From sequence record NC_028847.1: DNA of 64,000 nucleotides. One strand, 5' to 3'. The stretch is from Escherichia phage QL01. Made by a program: the position numbers and the translations under genes. This document shows, piece by piece, positions 9,637-18,912 of this stretch. A model generated the notes under the pieces. It worked only from the letters and a program-made list of their open reading frames with translations. It was not told where the DNA came from and ran no database searches. Within the stretch, counting starts at the first letter, position 1. Every line of letters begins with the position of its first letter.

Positions 9637-9644
9637 TATAAATA
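9637..9644 (+). promoter_or_regulatory. late promoter TATAAATA (gene 24)
   Basis: Consensus about 30 bp upstream of gene 24 ATG. Confidence 0.6.
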
Positions 9645-9672
9645 AACATATACCCTCAATAAGGAAAGCGCA

Positions 9673-10956
9673 ATGGCAAAGATTAACGAATTACTGCGCG
9701 AGTCAACAACTACTTCCAGCAACTCATTGGGTCGCCCTAATCTTGTTGCTTTGACCCGTGCTACAACCAAATTGATTTACCGTGATATTATCGCCGAACA
9801 ACGTACTAGCCAGCCTATTGCTGCACTGTATGGTGTCAAATATCTTACCCCTGATAATGAATTTAGTTTCCAGACAGGTGCCTCTTATGGTGGTGAAGTT
9901 GGTTCTAAAGACCGTGAAACTATCCCAGAACTCACAGATAAGGCCCAGGCGATTGCTCAGGGTGAATATTTCAAGTACCAGAATGTGGTTTATAAGGCTC
10001 TTAAAGCAAGCCCACTCGCGTCCACTAGCGCCACAGAATTGGCTGAGGCTCTTCAAGAAGGTTTAGTGTCATTAACATGTCGTCTGGTTCCTGATGCTGC
10101 CCATACCACTAAATTTGAAGCGAGTGATGTAGAAATCTCTGATGCTGTATTCCAGGTTAATAAATGGAATGCTCCGGTTAAGACCCGTAAATTGAAGACG
10201 GCTTTGACTGTAGAATTAGCGCAGGATATGGAATCAAATGGCTTTGACGCGCCGGCGTTCTTAGAAGACCTCTTGGCTACAGTAATGGCAGATGAAATTA
10301 ATAAAGACGTTCTGCAATCTCTAATAACCGTATCCAAACGTTATAAAGTTACTGGTGTATCTGATAACGGCATCATCGATTTGTCTTATGACAGTGCTCC
10401 TGAATCTGCACGTAAACTTTATGAACTCGTTTGTGAGATGAATTCTGAAATCCAGAAAACTACTTCTTATTCTGGCACGTTTGTTGTGGCTTCAAGTCGT
10501 GTGGCTGCAATGCTTGCAGGTTCTGGCTGGTTAAAACATAAACCCGAAGATAATAATTGGCTTCCGGAAACTGCATACGGATATTTGTTGAATGGGCTGC
10601 CTCTGTTTTGTGACGTTAACAGTCCATTAGATTATGTTACCGTTGGTGTTAAAGAGAATTACGGCGGTAATGAAGTTGTCGGTTCTATTTTCTACGCTCC
10701 CTATACCGAAGGCTTAGATTTAGATGACCAAGAACACGTCGGTGCTTATAAGGTTATTGTTGACCCGGATTCATTACAACCTTCTATTTCTCTGATGGTT
10801 CGTTATGCACTATCAGCTAACCCGTACACCGTGGCTAAAGACGATAAAGAAGCTCGTGTTATCGATGCAACCAATATGGATTTAATGGCTGGGCAGAGCA
10901 ATATGTCTTATCTGGTTGGCGTTAAACTTCCGGCAATTATTTACGAGGCTGATTAA
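9673..10956 (+). CDS. 24: capsid vertex protein gp24
   Basis: 427 aa; N-terminus MAKINELLRESTTT...GRPNLVALTRATTKLIY matches T4 gp24. Confidence 0.96.
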   Translation: MAKINELLRESTTTSSNSLGRPNLVALTRATTKLIYRDIIAEQRTSQPIAALYGVKYLTPDNEFSFQTGASYGGEVGSKDRETIPELTDKAQAIAQGEYFKYQNVVYKALKASPLASTSATELAEALQEGLVSLTCRLVPDAAHTTKFEASDVEISDAVFQVNKWNAPVKTRKLKTALTVELAQDMESNGFDAPAFLEDLLATVMADEINKDVLQSLITVSKRYKVTGVSDNGIIDLSYDSAPESARKLYELVCEMNSEIQKTTSYSGTFVVASSRVAAMLAGSGWLKHKPEDNNWLPETAYGYLLNGLPLFCDVNSPLDYVTVGVKENYGGNEVVGSIFYAPYTEGLDLDDQEHVGAYKVIVDPDSLQPSISLMVRYALSANPYTVAKDDKEARVIDATNMDLMAGQSNMSYLVGVKLPAIIYEAD

Positions 10957-12236
10957 TGTCTAAGATTGTAGACCTAATTAAAGAATCCACATTGACGGCT
11001 GCCAGCTCGGTTGGCCGTCCTGCTCTTCTTTCATACACCCAAGCAACTAATAAACGAATCTTTAAAGCCCTAGTTGCTGAACAAAAAACAAATCAACCGG
11101 TTGCTGCTCTGTATGGGGTACGTGTACTGAATCCTGACGACAAAATGACTTATCTTGGTGGAGCAACATTTGCGGGCCAGATTGGTATGACGGAACGTGA
11201 AAATATTCCAGAATTTACTGATTCATCTACAGCTTATGCGGTCGGTGATATGTTCCAGTTTGAAAGCGTAGTGTTTAAAGTTCTAGAAGCATCTCCTTTC
11301 GCCGGAACCACAGAAACCAACCTCAGCGAAGTTATTTCTGAAGCAGTGGCAGCCGGCCATATCCGTATGGTGTCGGATGCTGCTATTACTTCTAAATTTG
11401 AACAGGGCCATCCTGAAATTGCTGAAACCGGATTCCGTATCGACAAATGGCAATCTGAAGTTAAATCACGTAAACTGAAAACTTCATTGACAGTCGAATT
11501 AGCCCAAGACCTAGAATCTAACGGGTTTAATGCTCCTAATTTCGTTGAAAATCTGCTAGGCATTCAAATGGCAGAAGAAATTAATAAGGATGTATTACAG
11601 TCATTAATTACCGTGAGCTCTCGTTTTAAAGTCCAGGGTGTTTCTGAAAAGGGTGTATTAGACCTTACCAACCCTCGCTACGATAATGCCCAGGACCGTG
11701 CTCGCACATTATATTATTATATGTGTGAGATGAACTCTGCCGTCCAACGACAGACTTCTTTTGCCGGGACTTATGCAGTAGCTAGTTCTCGTTGTGCTGC
11801 TATTCTCGCCGCCTCTGGTTGGGTTGAGAAAAAGGAAGACCAGGACGAATTGGCTTATGGTATATTAAAGAATGGCCTACCACTTTATGCTGATATGAAT
11901 AGTCCATGTGATTATGTTATTGTTGGTGTAAATGCCCAGATGGGTGAAGGACAGACGGTCGCATCTTTATATTATGCGCCTTATACGGAAGGTTTGAATG
12001 TGGTTGACGAAGAAGGTGATACTTCAGTTGGTGAATTTAAGGTTATTGTTGACCCGGAAAGCTTACAACCTACAGTAGCATTGCTTGCTCGTTATGCATT
12101 GACTGCAAACCCTTATACCGTCGCTAAGGACGATAAAGAAGCCCGCATTATTGATGGTTCTGATATGGACAAAATGGCTAATCAAAGTCAATTGAGTTCT
12201 TATCTCGGCGTAAAATTACCGCCTTTAGAAAAATAA
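10956..12236 (+). CDS. capsid vertex protein gp24 paralog (divergent tandem copy)
   Basis: 426 aa, collinear similarity to the upstream gp24 (KSRKLKT.LTVELAQD.ESNGF.AP.F.E.LL, VLQSLITVS.R.KV.GVS, YYAPYTEGL, YAL.ANPYTVAKDDKEAR.ID) but clearly diverged; ATG overlaps gp24 stop. Confidence 0.9.
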   Translation: MSKIVDLIKESTLTAASSVGRPALLSYTQATNKRIFKALVAEQKTNQPVAALYGVRVLNPDDKMTYLGGATFAGQIGMTERENIPEFTDSSTAYAVGDMFQFESVVFKVLEASPFAGTTETNLSEVISEAVAAGHIRMVSDAAITSKFEQGHPEIAETGFRIDKWQSEVKSRKLKTSLTVELAQDLESNGFNAPNFVENLLGIQMAEEINKDVLQSLITVSSRFKVQGVSEKGVLDLTNPRYDNAQDRARTLYYYMCEMNSAVQRQTSFAGTYAVASSRCAAILAASGWVEKKEDQDELAYGILKNGLPLYADMNSPCDYVIVGVNAQMGEGQTVASLYYAPYTEGLNVVDEEGDTSVGEFKVIVDPESLQPTVALLARYALTANPYTVAKDDKEARIIDGSDMDKMANQSQLSSYLGVKLPPLEK

Positions 12237-12257
12237 AAGGGACCGTAAGGTCCCTTT
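12236..12257. terminator. GNRA-tetraloop hairpin (AAAGGGACC-GUAA-GGUCCCUUU) between convergent gp24 paralog and rnlB
   Basis: Perfect 9-bp stem, T-rich downstream on plus strand. Confidence 0.65.
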
Positions 12258-12262
12258 ATCGT

Positions 12263-13270
12263 TTATTTGGATACTAGTTCAATCCATACATGTCTTAATG
12301 TTTCTTTTACGCACTCAACGAGCTGCTTTTTAACTTCAACGGGATTTTCCGCATCAGTTAATTCCAATTCTTCACGGGCGGCTTCTTCAAGGATATCCTG
12401 GACTGTCAAGCCCATCACCTTTCCGAAATCCTTCGGCGATACTTCGCCAATCTTACTGATGACATTGTTAATGCGGTTAACAGTCACATAATCGGTGAAT
12501 TGCCACATCAAATCCATATCGTCTTGGGACAATACCACTGCAACTTTAATAGGCTTATCAGACTTTTTCTTCTCGCTGAATTTAGAGTTCTTACATTTAA
12601 TCGCCACACGATTTCCGTTTGGAAGCCAGAGCGGATAACAAGGTTTTAATACGTACCCTTCAGCGGTAAATACTTCACCTTTTACTTCAGCATTCCACAC
12701 ATAGGCATTAGCTTCAATTAGCCCGACGTTATCTACCATAAAATTATAATCAGGAAGGACGGAATCTAAATCATTTGGCAATTTAATAAGGTCTTCAAAT
12801 TTACCACGTCCTAAAAGTGGAGCCAGTTTAAATCCAAAGGTCTTACAAAATGATTCCATCATATAATCATCGACATAGGTCACATCACCACTTTCGGTGG
12901 TAACAATAATGTCAAATACATAAAAATCTTTAGCACCGTAATCAACATTCTTCTGAATGCCTGTTCCAGCGAATTCACCGAAAACTTGATAAGATACAGC
13001 TGCCGAAGTTTCCATAATATCTTGTACGGCTTTAATAGAATCGGCATAGTTCTTAAGTACAATTTCATAGCCATAGAAATCTTCAGCAGGGAGGATAGGG
13101 CCAGTGCGCTTGGCGCATGTGACTGCGTCACGTTCTATGATTAAACTAAAGTTGGTTCCATGAATCTTCTCACGTGCTACCCATTCACCACCAGTCAAAC
13201 CATTAGTACGGAGTTTTTCGATAAACTTACTGTTGTAGTGGTTTTCGAGACTGCTATATTTCTTGAACAT
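12263..13270 (-). CDS. rnlB: RNA ligase 2 (RnlB)
   Basis: 335 aa; KIHGTN nucleotidyltransferase motif I; position after gene 24 as in T4 (gene 24.1). Confidence 0.9.
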   Translation of the reverse strand: MFKKYSSLENHYNSKFIEKLRTNGLTGGEWVAREKIHGTNFSLIIERDAVTCAKRTGPILPAEDFYGYEIVLKNYADSIKAVQDIMETSAAVSYQVFGEFAGTGIQKNVDYGAKDFYVFDIIVTTESGDVTYVDDYMMESFCKTFGFKLAPLLGRGKFEDLIKLPNDLDSVLPDYNFMVDNVGLIEANAYVWNAEVKGEVFTAEGYVLKPCYPLWLPNGNRVAIKCKNSKFSEKKKSDKPIKVAVVLSQDDMDLMWQFTDYVTVNRINNVISKIGEVSPKDFGKVMGLTVQDILEEAAREELELTDAENPVEVKKQLVECVKETLRHVWIELVSK

Positions 13271-13356
13271 AAATCACCATAATAAATATAATTAAATAGA
13301 AGAGCTAGTAGTCTTCTGTCACCAAGCCAAATGGTTTAACGGAAGGACCTAGACCC

Positions 13357-13382
13357 ATTATATCACACCTAAATTTAAAGCA
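13357..13382 (-). promoter_or_regulatory. candidate MotA-dependent middle promoter (TGCTTTA box, 13 bp, TATAAT) upstream of rnlB
   Basis: Motifs read on minus strand; spacing consistent with T4 middle promoters. Confidence 0.35.
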
Positions 13383-13384
13383 TA

Positions 13385-13594
13385 TTACTTTGAACTAGAA
13401 CGCGCTTTGCGCCGAACCTTGTTGTTCAATCTTTTACGATAAACAACCTTTTCTTTCGCTTTAAATTTGGCCTTGGCTTGTTCTACATCAACCCATGCTT
13501 TGGCCATGTCCTTAGCGGTCCCGCCCATTTTTTTAGCAATTTCTATAAAATTCAACCCAGATTCGTGTAAAAAATGTACTTTAACCTTATCCAT
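13385..13594 (-). CDS. hypothetical small basic protein, possible HTH (T4 24.2/24.3 position)
   Basis: Internal ATG (MDKVKVHF...) with GAGAGA SD; lysine/arginine-rich C-terminus. Confidence 0.5.
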   Translation of the reverse strand: MDKVKVHFLHESGLNFIEIAKKMGGTAKDMAKAWVDVEQAKAKFKAKEKVVYRKRLNNKVRRKARSSSK

Positions 13595-13666
13595 AACAAT
13601 TCTCTCGTTGAGTTGGTAAACCCATCTTAACATAGAATTTTTAACTTGTAAACAGGAATTTTGTAC

Positions 13667-13686
13667 TTTAATGCAAAATGGGCCTT
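13667..13686 (-). terminator. hairpin terminator after hoc (AAUGGGCC-GCAA-GGCCCAUU on minus strand)
   Basis: 8-bp stem seen in sequence, U-rich tract follows on minus strand. Confidence 0.55.
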
Positions 13687-13697
13687 GCGGCCCATTA

Positions 13698-14546
13698 TTA
13701 ATAAATGTAATCGTATATAATACCAGCTTCTAAAGCGGTGCGATGAATAATTCGACCATTACGAGATTCTTGTACATCAACCTCTGAATAGTCGGTAATC
13801 ATTTTTTGAAGTGTATATCGGTGCAAATAATACGGGCTATCCGGGTCATCTGTTTTCCAGTCTTTGCCTTCAAGAGTCATTTTCTGGATTTCATCCATAA
13901 CCCACCAACCAACCCAAATATATGCTGAATTACGAACAGGGAGTGGATGAACGTAAGGTAATTCGCCATCCAGAACCGGTGCGACTTTAGCCGTGACTGT
14001 TACATTACCGGTTTTTGTGACAGTCGCCGGGTTATAATCAGTCGCCGAAACCACAACAGAAACTTCAATAACCTGTGAACCTTCAGTGCTTGTATCGATT
14101 GCTAGAGTATCCGTGGTGCCAACTACAGGAGAACCGTCTTTCTTCCAAGAATAGGCAAAAGTAGCACCAGCAGGAGCGCCGACCACATCCGCTTTAAAAG
14201 AAGCTGGAGTGCCTTCCGGAACATTAATCGAAGCTGGGGTTAATGTCACAGAAACACCAGTCATAGTTTTATTCTGGATAGTTAAAGTCGTCTCAGCTTC
14301 AGCAGTTTCCGGTTCGCCGTCCGCTGGTGTAGTTGTTGCAACAACTTTAATAGTCTTGCTGCCTGCTGGACCAACAGCAACATAATCCATTGCAGCAGTC
14401 ACAGAAGATTGAGGAACGCCATCAACAGTCCAGACAAATGATTCAGTACCTTCAGCTGCAGCACCGGAACCGGTCGCAGTGAAATTGGTTGTTGCTCCAA
14501 TAACGGCCGTAGCCGCCGAAGGAGAAATATCTACGGTATAAGCCAT
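13698..14546 (-). CDS. hoc: Hoc outer capsid decoration protein (short form, two Ig-like domains plus capsid-binding domain)
   Basis: 282 aa; Ala/Thr/Val-rich Ig-like repeats then conserved C-terminal block (HPLPVRNSAYIWVGWWVMDEI...) ; position before inh. Confidence 0.85.
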   Translation of the reverse strand: MAYTVDISPSAATAVIGATTNFTATGSGAAAEGTESFVWTVDGVPQSSVTAAMDYVAVGPAGSKTIKVVATTTPADGEPETAEAETTLTIQNKTMTGVSVTLTPASINVPEGTPASFKADVVGAPAGATFAYSWKKDGSPVVGTTDTLAIDTSTEGSQVIEVSVVVSATDYNPATVTKTGNVTVTAKVAPVLDGELPYVHPLPVRNSAYIWVGWWVMDEIQKMTLEGKDWKTDDPDSPYYLHRYTLQKMITDYSEVDVQESRNGRIIHRTALEAGIIYDYIY

Positions 14547-14555
14547 AATAAACCC

Positions 14556-15227
14556 TTATTTTAAAGTGACAAAAGATGAGTTACGAGTTTCTCGTACTAG
14601 AACAGACCCATTACGATTGATGTAATAAATCAAGCTGAATAGTGTTTGGTGTGCGGTAGGATGTTGGAAACTGGTTGGACGTTCTTTCCAATCCGGAGTC
14701 TCAGAAATCCATTGGTAAATCCACCAAGGAACGGTGCAATAACCTGGGTTCTTACCGATAAGCAAAAGATTAGGACTGAAGTTTTCAGGTAAAGAGAATA
14801 CAGGTTTTTCAGATTCAACAACCTTGGCTATAGCCCCTTTGAATTTCTCTTCGTCAAATGGAACATCCTCTTCGATAATCTCTACCTTAGGAAGTTCGGC
14901 TACCTCAACGACTTCTACTGCAGCCTCAGGGGCATCGAACAACAGGGTGGCTTCTTCTTTAGCTGGTTCAGCACCATCAACAAATTCGTTAGCACCTGTA
15001 AGTTCGTCGGCAGCATCAATCAAATCAGAAATGGACAACCCTTCGGTTTCTGGGAGTGGTTCGTCAGCCAAGGCTTTAAGGCCTTCAGAGATATCGATAA
15101 TCAAATTATCAAACGAACGGGTTTTCTTAAGTTTTAAACCGAACTGTTCGCCGTATTCGATTAACTTAGCTTTAGCTTCTTTTTTATCTTCGAGTGCACG
15201 AAGCTCTTCAATATATTGAGTATCCAT
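14556..15227 (-). CDS. inh: Inh, inhibitor of prohead protease gp21
   Basis: 223 aa; size and position between hoc and uvsW match T4 inh. Confidence 0.8.
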   Translation of the reverse strand: MDTQYIEELRALEDKKEAKAKLIEYGEQFGLKLKKTRSFDNLIIDISEGLKALADEPLPETEGLSISDLIDAADELTGANEFVDGAEPAKEEATLLFDAPEAAVEVVEVAELPKVEIIEEDVPFDEEKFKGAIAKVVESEKPVFSLPENFSPNLLLIGKNPGYCTVPWWIYQWISETPDWKERPTSFQHPTAHQTLFSLIYYINRNGSVLVRETRNSSFVTLK

Positions 15228-15246
15228 AATTAGTCTCTTGTTGGTG

Positions 15247-15254
15247 TATAAATA
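15247..15254 (+). promoter_or_regulatory. late promoter TATAAATA (uvsW)
   Basis: Consensus about 28 bp upstream of uvsW ATG. Confidence 0.55.
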
Positions 15255-15260
15255 TAACTA

Positions 15261-15268
15261 TATTTATA
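15261..15268 (-). promoter_or_regulatory. late promoter TATAAATA on minus strand (inh/hoc)
   Basis: Reverse-complement consensus in the same divergent intergenic region. Confidence 0.5.
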
Positions 15269-15282
15269 ACTGAGAATTACTT

Positions 15283-16779
15283 ATGCAAATTCAAGTACAT
15301 TTTGATAATTTTAGTCATGTCCGTATTGAATGCGATGAATCTACATTCTACGAACTCAGAGACTATTTTAGCTTTGAAGCTGATGGATATAAATTCAACC
15401 CTAAATTTCGTTATGGTCAATGGGACGGACGTATTCGCCTTCTGGATTACAACCGTAAACTTCCTTATGGATTGGTCCCTCAAATTAAAAAGTTCGCTGA
15501 ACAATTTGAATACTCTCTGTGGATTGACCCACGTATTCTTGAACAGGAAGATATTTCTCGTGAAGATTTTGATTCATGGGTGGCTTCTCAAGAAATTTAT
15601 TCAGGGTCTACCAAGATTGAGCCTCATTGGTATCAGAATGAAGCCGTATACAACGGCCTGACAAAACGTCGCGCAATTCTGAATTTACCTACATCTGCAG
15701 GTAAATCATTAATCCAGGCACTCCTGAGTCGATATTACGTTGAGAACTATGAAGGTAAAATCCTCATCTTAGTTCCTACTACTGCACTTGTCGACCAGAT
15801 GATTAACGACTTCATCGATTATCGTCTGTTCCCTAAAGCCGCAATGCTTGGTATTCGTTCAGGTACTGCTCGTGATTCCGATGCAATGATTTATGTTTCA
15901 ACTTATCAAACCGCTATCAAGCAACCTAAAGAATGGTTTGCTCAGTTCGGTATGTTTATGAACGACGAATGCCATTTGGCTACAGGTAAATCTATTTCTA
16001 CTATCATCGAAGGCCTAACCAACTGTATGTTTAAATTCGGTTTGTCTGGTTCTTTAAAAGATGGTAAAGCTAATTTAATGCAATATATGGGTTTGTTTGG
16101 TGATGTGTTTAAGCCAGTATCCACCTCCCAGTTAATGGAAGAAGGACAGGTTACTGACCTTAAAATCAACAGTATTTTCCTTCGATACCCAGACGAATTC
16201 ACGGTTAAAATGAAAGGTAAAGATTACCAATCAGAAATCAAGGTCATTACTAAGGCTACTCGTCGTAATAAATGGGTTGCTAATTTAGCTGTTAAACTCG
16301 CTAAGAAAGAAGAGAACGTATTCCTGATGTTTAAAAACATCGAACACGGTAAAACTCTTTTTGAAATGGTTAAAGAGCAACATAAAGAAGTTTATTACGT
16401 ATCAGGTGAAGTTAATACCGAAACGCGTAATGCTCTGAAAGTAATGGCGGAAAATGGTAAGGGTATTATTGTTGTGGCAAGTTATGGTGTGTTCTCTACT
16501 GGTATTTCCGTTAAGAACCTTCACCACGTTGTATTTGCCCATCCAGTAAAATCTAAAATCATTGTACTCCAGACAATTGGTCGTGTACTCCGTAAACATG
16601 CCTCTAAATCAACAGCACAGGTGTGGGATATCATCGACGACATGGGTGTTAAGCCTAAATCAGCTACGGCTAAAAAGAAATATGTTCATTTGAACTATGC
16701 CCTCAAACACGCTTTAGAACGTATTCAACGTTATGCTGATGAGAAATTTAATTACGTAATGAAACAGGTGGATTTATGA
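15283..16779 (+). CDS. uvsW: UvsW DNA/RNA helicase
   Basis: 498 aa; N-terminus (VHFDNFSHVRIECDESTFYELRD.FSFEADGYKFNP) and Walker A region (LNLPTSAGKSLIQALL) match T4 UvsW. Confidence 0.96.
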   Translation: MQIQVHFDNFSHVRIECDESTFYELRDYFSFEADGYKFNPKFRYGQWDGRIRLLDYNRKLPYGLVPQIKKFAEQFEYSLWIDPRILEQEDISREDFDSWVASQEIYSGSTKIEPHWYQNEAVYNGLTKRRAILNLPTSAGKSLIQALLSRYYVENYEGKILILVPTTALVDQMINDFIDYRLFPKAAMLGIRSGTARDSDAMIYVSTYQTAIKQPKEWFAQFGMFMNDECHLATGKSISTIIEGLTNCMFKFGLSGSLKDGKANLMQYMGLFGDVFKPVSTSQLMEEGQVTDLKINSIFLRYPDEFTVKMKGKDYQSEIKVITKATRRNKWVANLAVKLAKKEENVFLMFKNIEHGKTLFEMVKEQHKEVYYVSGEVNTETRNALKVMAENGKGIIVVASYGVFSTGISVKNLHHVVFAHPVKSKIIVLQTIGRVLRKHASKSTAQVWDIIDDMGVKPKSATAKKKYVHLNYALKHALERIQRYADEKFNYVMKQVDL

Positions 16780-17003
16780 AAACCTTTAAAGAAGTTATTC
16801 AAGAAGCATCTATTGAAAGCTTCATGGCTAAAATTGGTTCTTGTCAGACTATGGATGGTCTGAAGGAATTGGAAAAGTATTACAAAACTCGTAGTAAGGA
16901 AGCCGAACTTCGTGATTCGGATGATATTAGCGTGCGTGATGCATTGGCTGGTAAGAGAGCTGAATTGGAGTCGATGGACGACGAGGAAGAGGAAGATTTC
17001 TAA
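16776..17003 (+). CDS. uvsW.1: UvsW.1 small acidic protein
   Basis: 75 aa, ATG overlaps uvsW stop (ATGA), acidic C-terminus; T4 positional homolog. Confidence 0.8.
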   Translation: MKTFKEVIQEASIESFMAKIGSCQTMDGLKELEKYYKTRSKEAELRDSDDISVRDALAGKRAELESMDDEEEEDF

Positions 17004-17011
17004 ACAAAAAA

Positions 17012-17033
17012 GGCCCAACCTTTCGGAAGGGCC
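17012..17033. terminator. hairpin between convergent uvsW.1 and uvsY.-2 (GGCCC...UUUC...GGGCC)
   Basis: Stem with internal mismatch; A-run on plus side gives U-run on minus strand. Confidence 0.5.
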
Positions 17034-17062
17034 AATAACCATAAATGGCTATACACACTAGA

Positions 17063-17230
17063 CTAAAGTAGTAATTGGGTTTCGTTCAGCTGTTCTTCAG
17101 TGTTTTCCGTAACCGGCAAGCTTTGAACGTAATTATAGCATGAGCCCGGATGAACCGGACCTTTTTCTGTTTCAACAACCAATGCAGCATCGATTGGAGT
17201 TTTACAGACAACGCAAATCTTATCTGACAT
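17063..17230 (-). CDS. hypothetical small protein (uvsY.-2 position)
   Basis: 55-codon ORF read manually (MSDKICVVCKTPIDAALVVETEKGPVHPGSCYNY...), AAGGAGA SD 7 nt upstream; below ORF-track length cutoff. Confidence 0.55.
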   Translation of the reverse strand: MSDKICVVCKTPIDAALVVETEKGPVHPGSCYNYVQSLPVTENTEEQLNETQLLL

Positions 17231-17258
17231 GATTGTCTCCTTAGTTTAACTTACATAC

Positions 17259-17357
17259 CTATTTATTACTTGCTAAAGCAGCATTAATGAATTCTTGGAG
17301 AAGTTTCATCTTATCGGCATCTACTTTAATGGGTTTGGTATTTTTAGTACGTCTCAT
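17259..17357 (-). CDS. hypothetical small protein (uvsY.-1 position)
   Basis: 32-codon ORF (MRRTKNTKPIKVDADKMKLLQEFINAALASNK) whose ATG overlaps uvsY stop; manual read. Confidence 0.4.
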   Translation of the reverse strand: MRRTKNTKPIKVDADKMKLLQEFINAALASNK

Positions 17358-17791
17358 TATTTACCCGCCTCAAATTGTCTCATCTCATGCATGGTCTTAA
17401 GGTTAAAACCACGCGCCTTAATAGCATCAAGTGCTGAACTACAAAAGTCTTGTAATAAAGCCCAATACTGAATTGATGTGTCGATTTTAATTACACTAGA
17501 ATCCGCAGCCATAACGGTCTTTAATTCAGATTTCTCATATTGGTCCATACAAACCTCATCACCAGGCTCTCCACGTCCCGTGTAGAAATCTAATCGCTTC
17601 TTAAGTGAGGTCTTTTTCTGGATTTCTAATCTCATTATTTCTTTCTTACAATTCGTATACAGCCTTAGCCATTTGCTGTGCAGCAAAACGTTGTTCTGTA
17701 CTTCATATTGTAAACGAGTTCCATCAATCTTTAAATCCTCGTCTAATGCGTCCTGGAATGATTCTAACTTATATTCAATCTCTTTACTCAT
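17357..17791 (-). CDS. uvsY: UvsY recombination mediator
   Basis: Strong similarity to T4 UvsY (TRLQYEVQNNVLLHSKWL, KSELKTVMAADSSVIKIDTSIQYWALLQDFCSSALDAIKARGF); start moved to internal ATG (MSKEIEY...). Confidence 0.93.
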   Translation of the reverse strand: MSKEIEYKLESFQDALDEDLKIDGTRLQYEVQNNVLLHSKWLRLYTNCKKEIMRLEIQKKTSLKKRLDFYTGRGEPGDEVCMDQYEKSELKTVMAADSSVIKIDTSIQYWALLQDFCSSALDAIKARGFNLKTMHEMRQFEAGK

Positions 17792-17849
17792 CGCATGTTT
17801 CCTGTGTAATAACCATAGGACCATTATACACTATTCATTTGAACAGCAA

Positions 17850-18239
17850 TTAACCACTCTGTGAGAGCTGGATTCTAATTTGCTCTAATGTATCTGGGTC
17901 ATCAACGATACTAAACTGAACGGTCACGATAATCGAGTTATCATCGTACACAGGTGTCACACCTACAGCTAGAGCAGAAATTCTGGGTTCGAAGTTCCGC
18001 ACTGCGGAAACTATATTACGCTTAATGGTATCCGTGATTAATGGAGTAATATTCTCAAACAATTGGTTGCTGATGTCACAACCGAATTCAGGCATAAAAG
18101 GGCGCGAACCCTTGCGAGTAGTAATAATGCCTAACAAACTATTTTTTACTGCGCGAGCACCTGTAGCTTTAGCGACGTCTCTATTCCAAGACGTCCTCAT
18201 TTCAGGGTCTAAATCTGAATACATTTTATTGATATTCAT
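17850..18239 (-). CDS. 25: baseplate wedge subunit gp25
   Basis: 129 aa; NSLLGIITTRKGSRPF.PEFGCD.S.QLFEN.TPL matches T4 gp25. Confidence 0.95.
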   Translation of the reverse strand: MNINKMYSDLDPEMRTSWNRDVAKATGARAVKNSLLGIITTRKGSRPFMPEFGCDISNQLFENITPLITDTIKRNIVSAVRNFEPRISALAVGVTPVYDDNSIIVTVQFSIVDDPDTLEQIRIQLSQSG

Positions 18240-18862
18240 TACATCACCTTAAAGAACTCTTTAAGTCCCTCAATAACGTGGACGGTGTGTTCACCACATT
18301 CACAAGAAATAGGTATAGCCAAAATAGGCTTAGGGGCGACTAGTGCATCATAAACTTCTTTTATATCTTTTTCTGTTATCACAGAATAAAGGTCATCAAG
18401 TTCCGCATCGCTTAAATCGGAAAGAAAAAGCTTTTCACCTGCAGAAGTTAAAATATAATCGATACACCCGGCGACCATCATAGCTCTATTTTTATCTTCA
18501 AAGAGTTTAGGATATCTGAAAACAATTTTAAAGTTGCCAAAGTCTTTAATAACATCCGGCTCTTTACCCAATGTTGCTCGAGTTAGTGTCATAGGGACAA
18601 CCTGTGAGCGACCACAACTACAACTCCACTCACGTTCTATATTCACTTCAGCTAATGAATGGGCCCACAGGTTTATCACCAGGAGCTCAGATTCTTGCTT
18701 GTTTAAATCACGGGCATCTGTGCAATTCGAAATGAGTTCATTGATAAAGGACTCTATTCTGCCTTCTAATTTAGCTTGGAGCAAGTCCTTATATTCTCTG
18801 AGGGTAAATGCTCTGCATTTTATGGTTTTGTTTTTAATTTTTACGTCAAAAGTATAATTCAT
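18239..18862 (-). CDS. 26: baseplate hub subunit gp26
   Basis: 207 aa; position between 25 and 51, divergent from 51 as in T4. Confidence 0.85.
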   Translation of the reverse strand: MNYTFDVKIKNKTIKCRAFTLREYKDLLQAKLEGRIESFINELISNCTDARDLNKQESELLVINLWAHSLAEVNIEREWSCSCGRSQVVPMTLTRATLGKEPDVIKDFGNFKIVFRYPKLFEDKNRAMMVAGCIDYILTSAGEKLFLSDLSDAELDDLYSVITEKDIKEVYDALVAPKPILAIPISCECGEHTVHVIEGLKEFFKVM

Positions 18863-18880
18863 TGTCTTCTCCTTTAAGCT

Positions 18881-18892
18881 TATTTATAAATA
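18881..18892. promoter_or_regulatory. overlapping divergent late promoters (TATTTATAAATA) for gene 26 (minus) and gene 51 (plus)
   Basis: TATAAATA present on both strands in 12-bp palindromic element, as known for T4 genes 26/51. Confidence 0.55.
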
Positions 18893-18912
18893 CATCAATA
18901 AGAGGACACCCT

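Noticed and set aside
17792-17850. Possible middle or sigma70 promoter upstream of uvsY (TATAAT with TTGCTGT-like box)
   Set aside because: Spacing to candidate -35 or MotA box does not fit either consensus well; left unannotated.
18862-18912. Track start of gp51 ORF at 18862 (and similar GTG/TTG track starts for dsbA, the NADAR-like ORF and gp28)
   Set aside because: The ORF track counts TTG/GTG as starts; internal ATGs with SD sequences and matching T4 protein lengths are the more plausible true starts.
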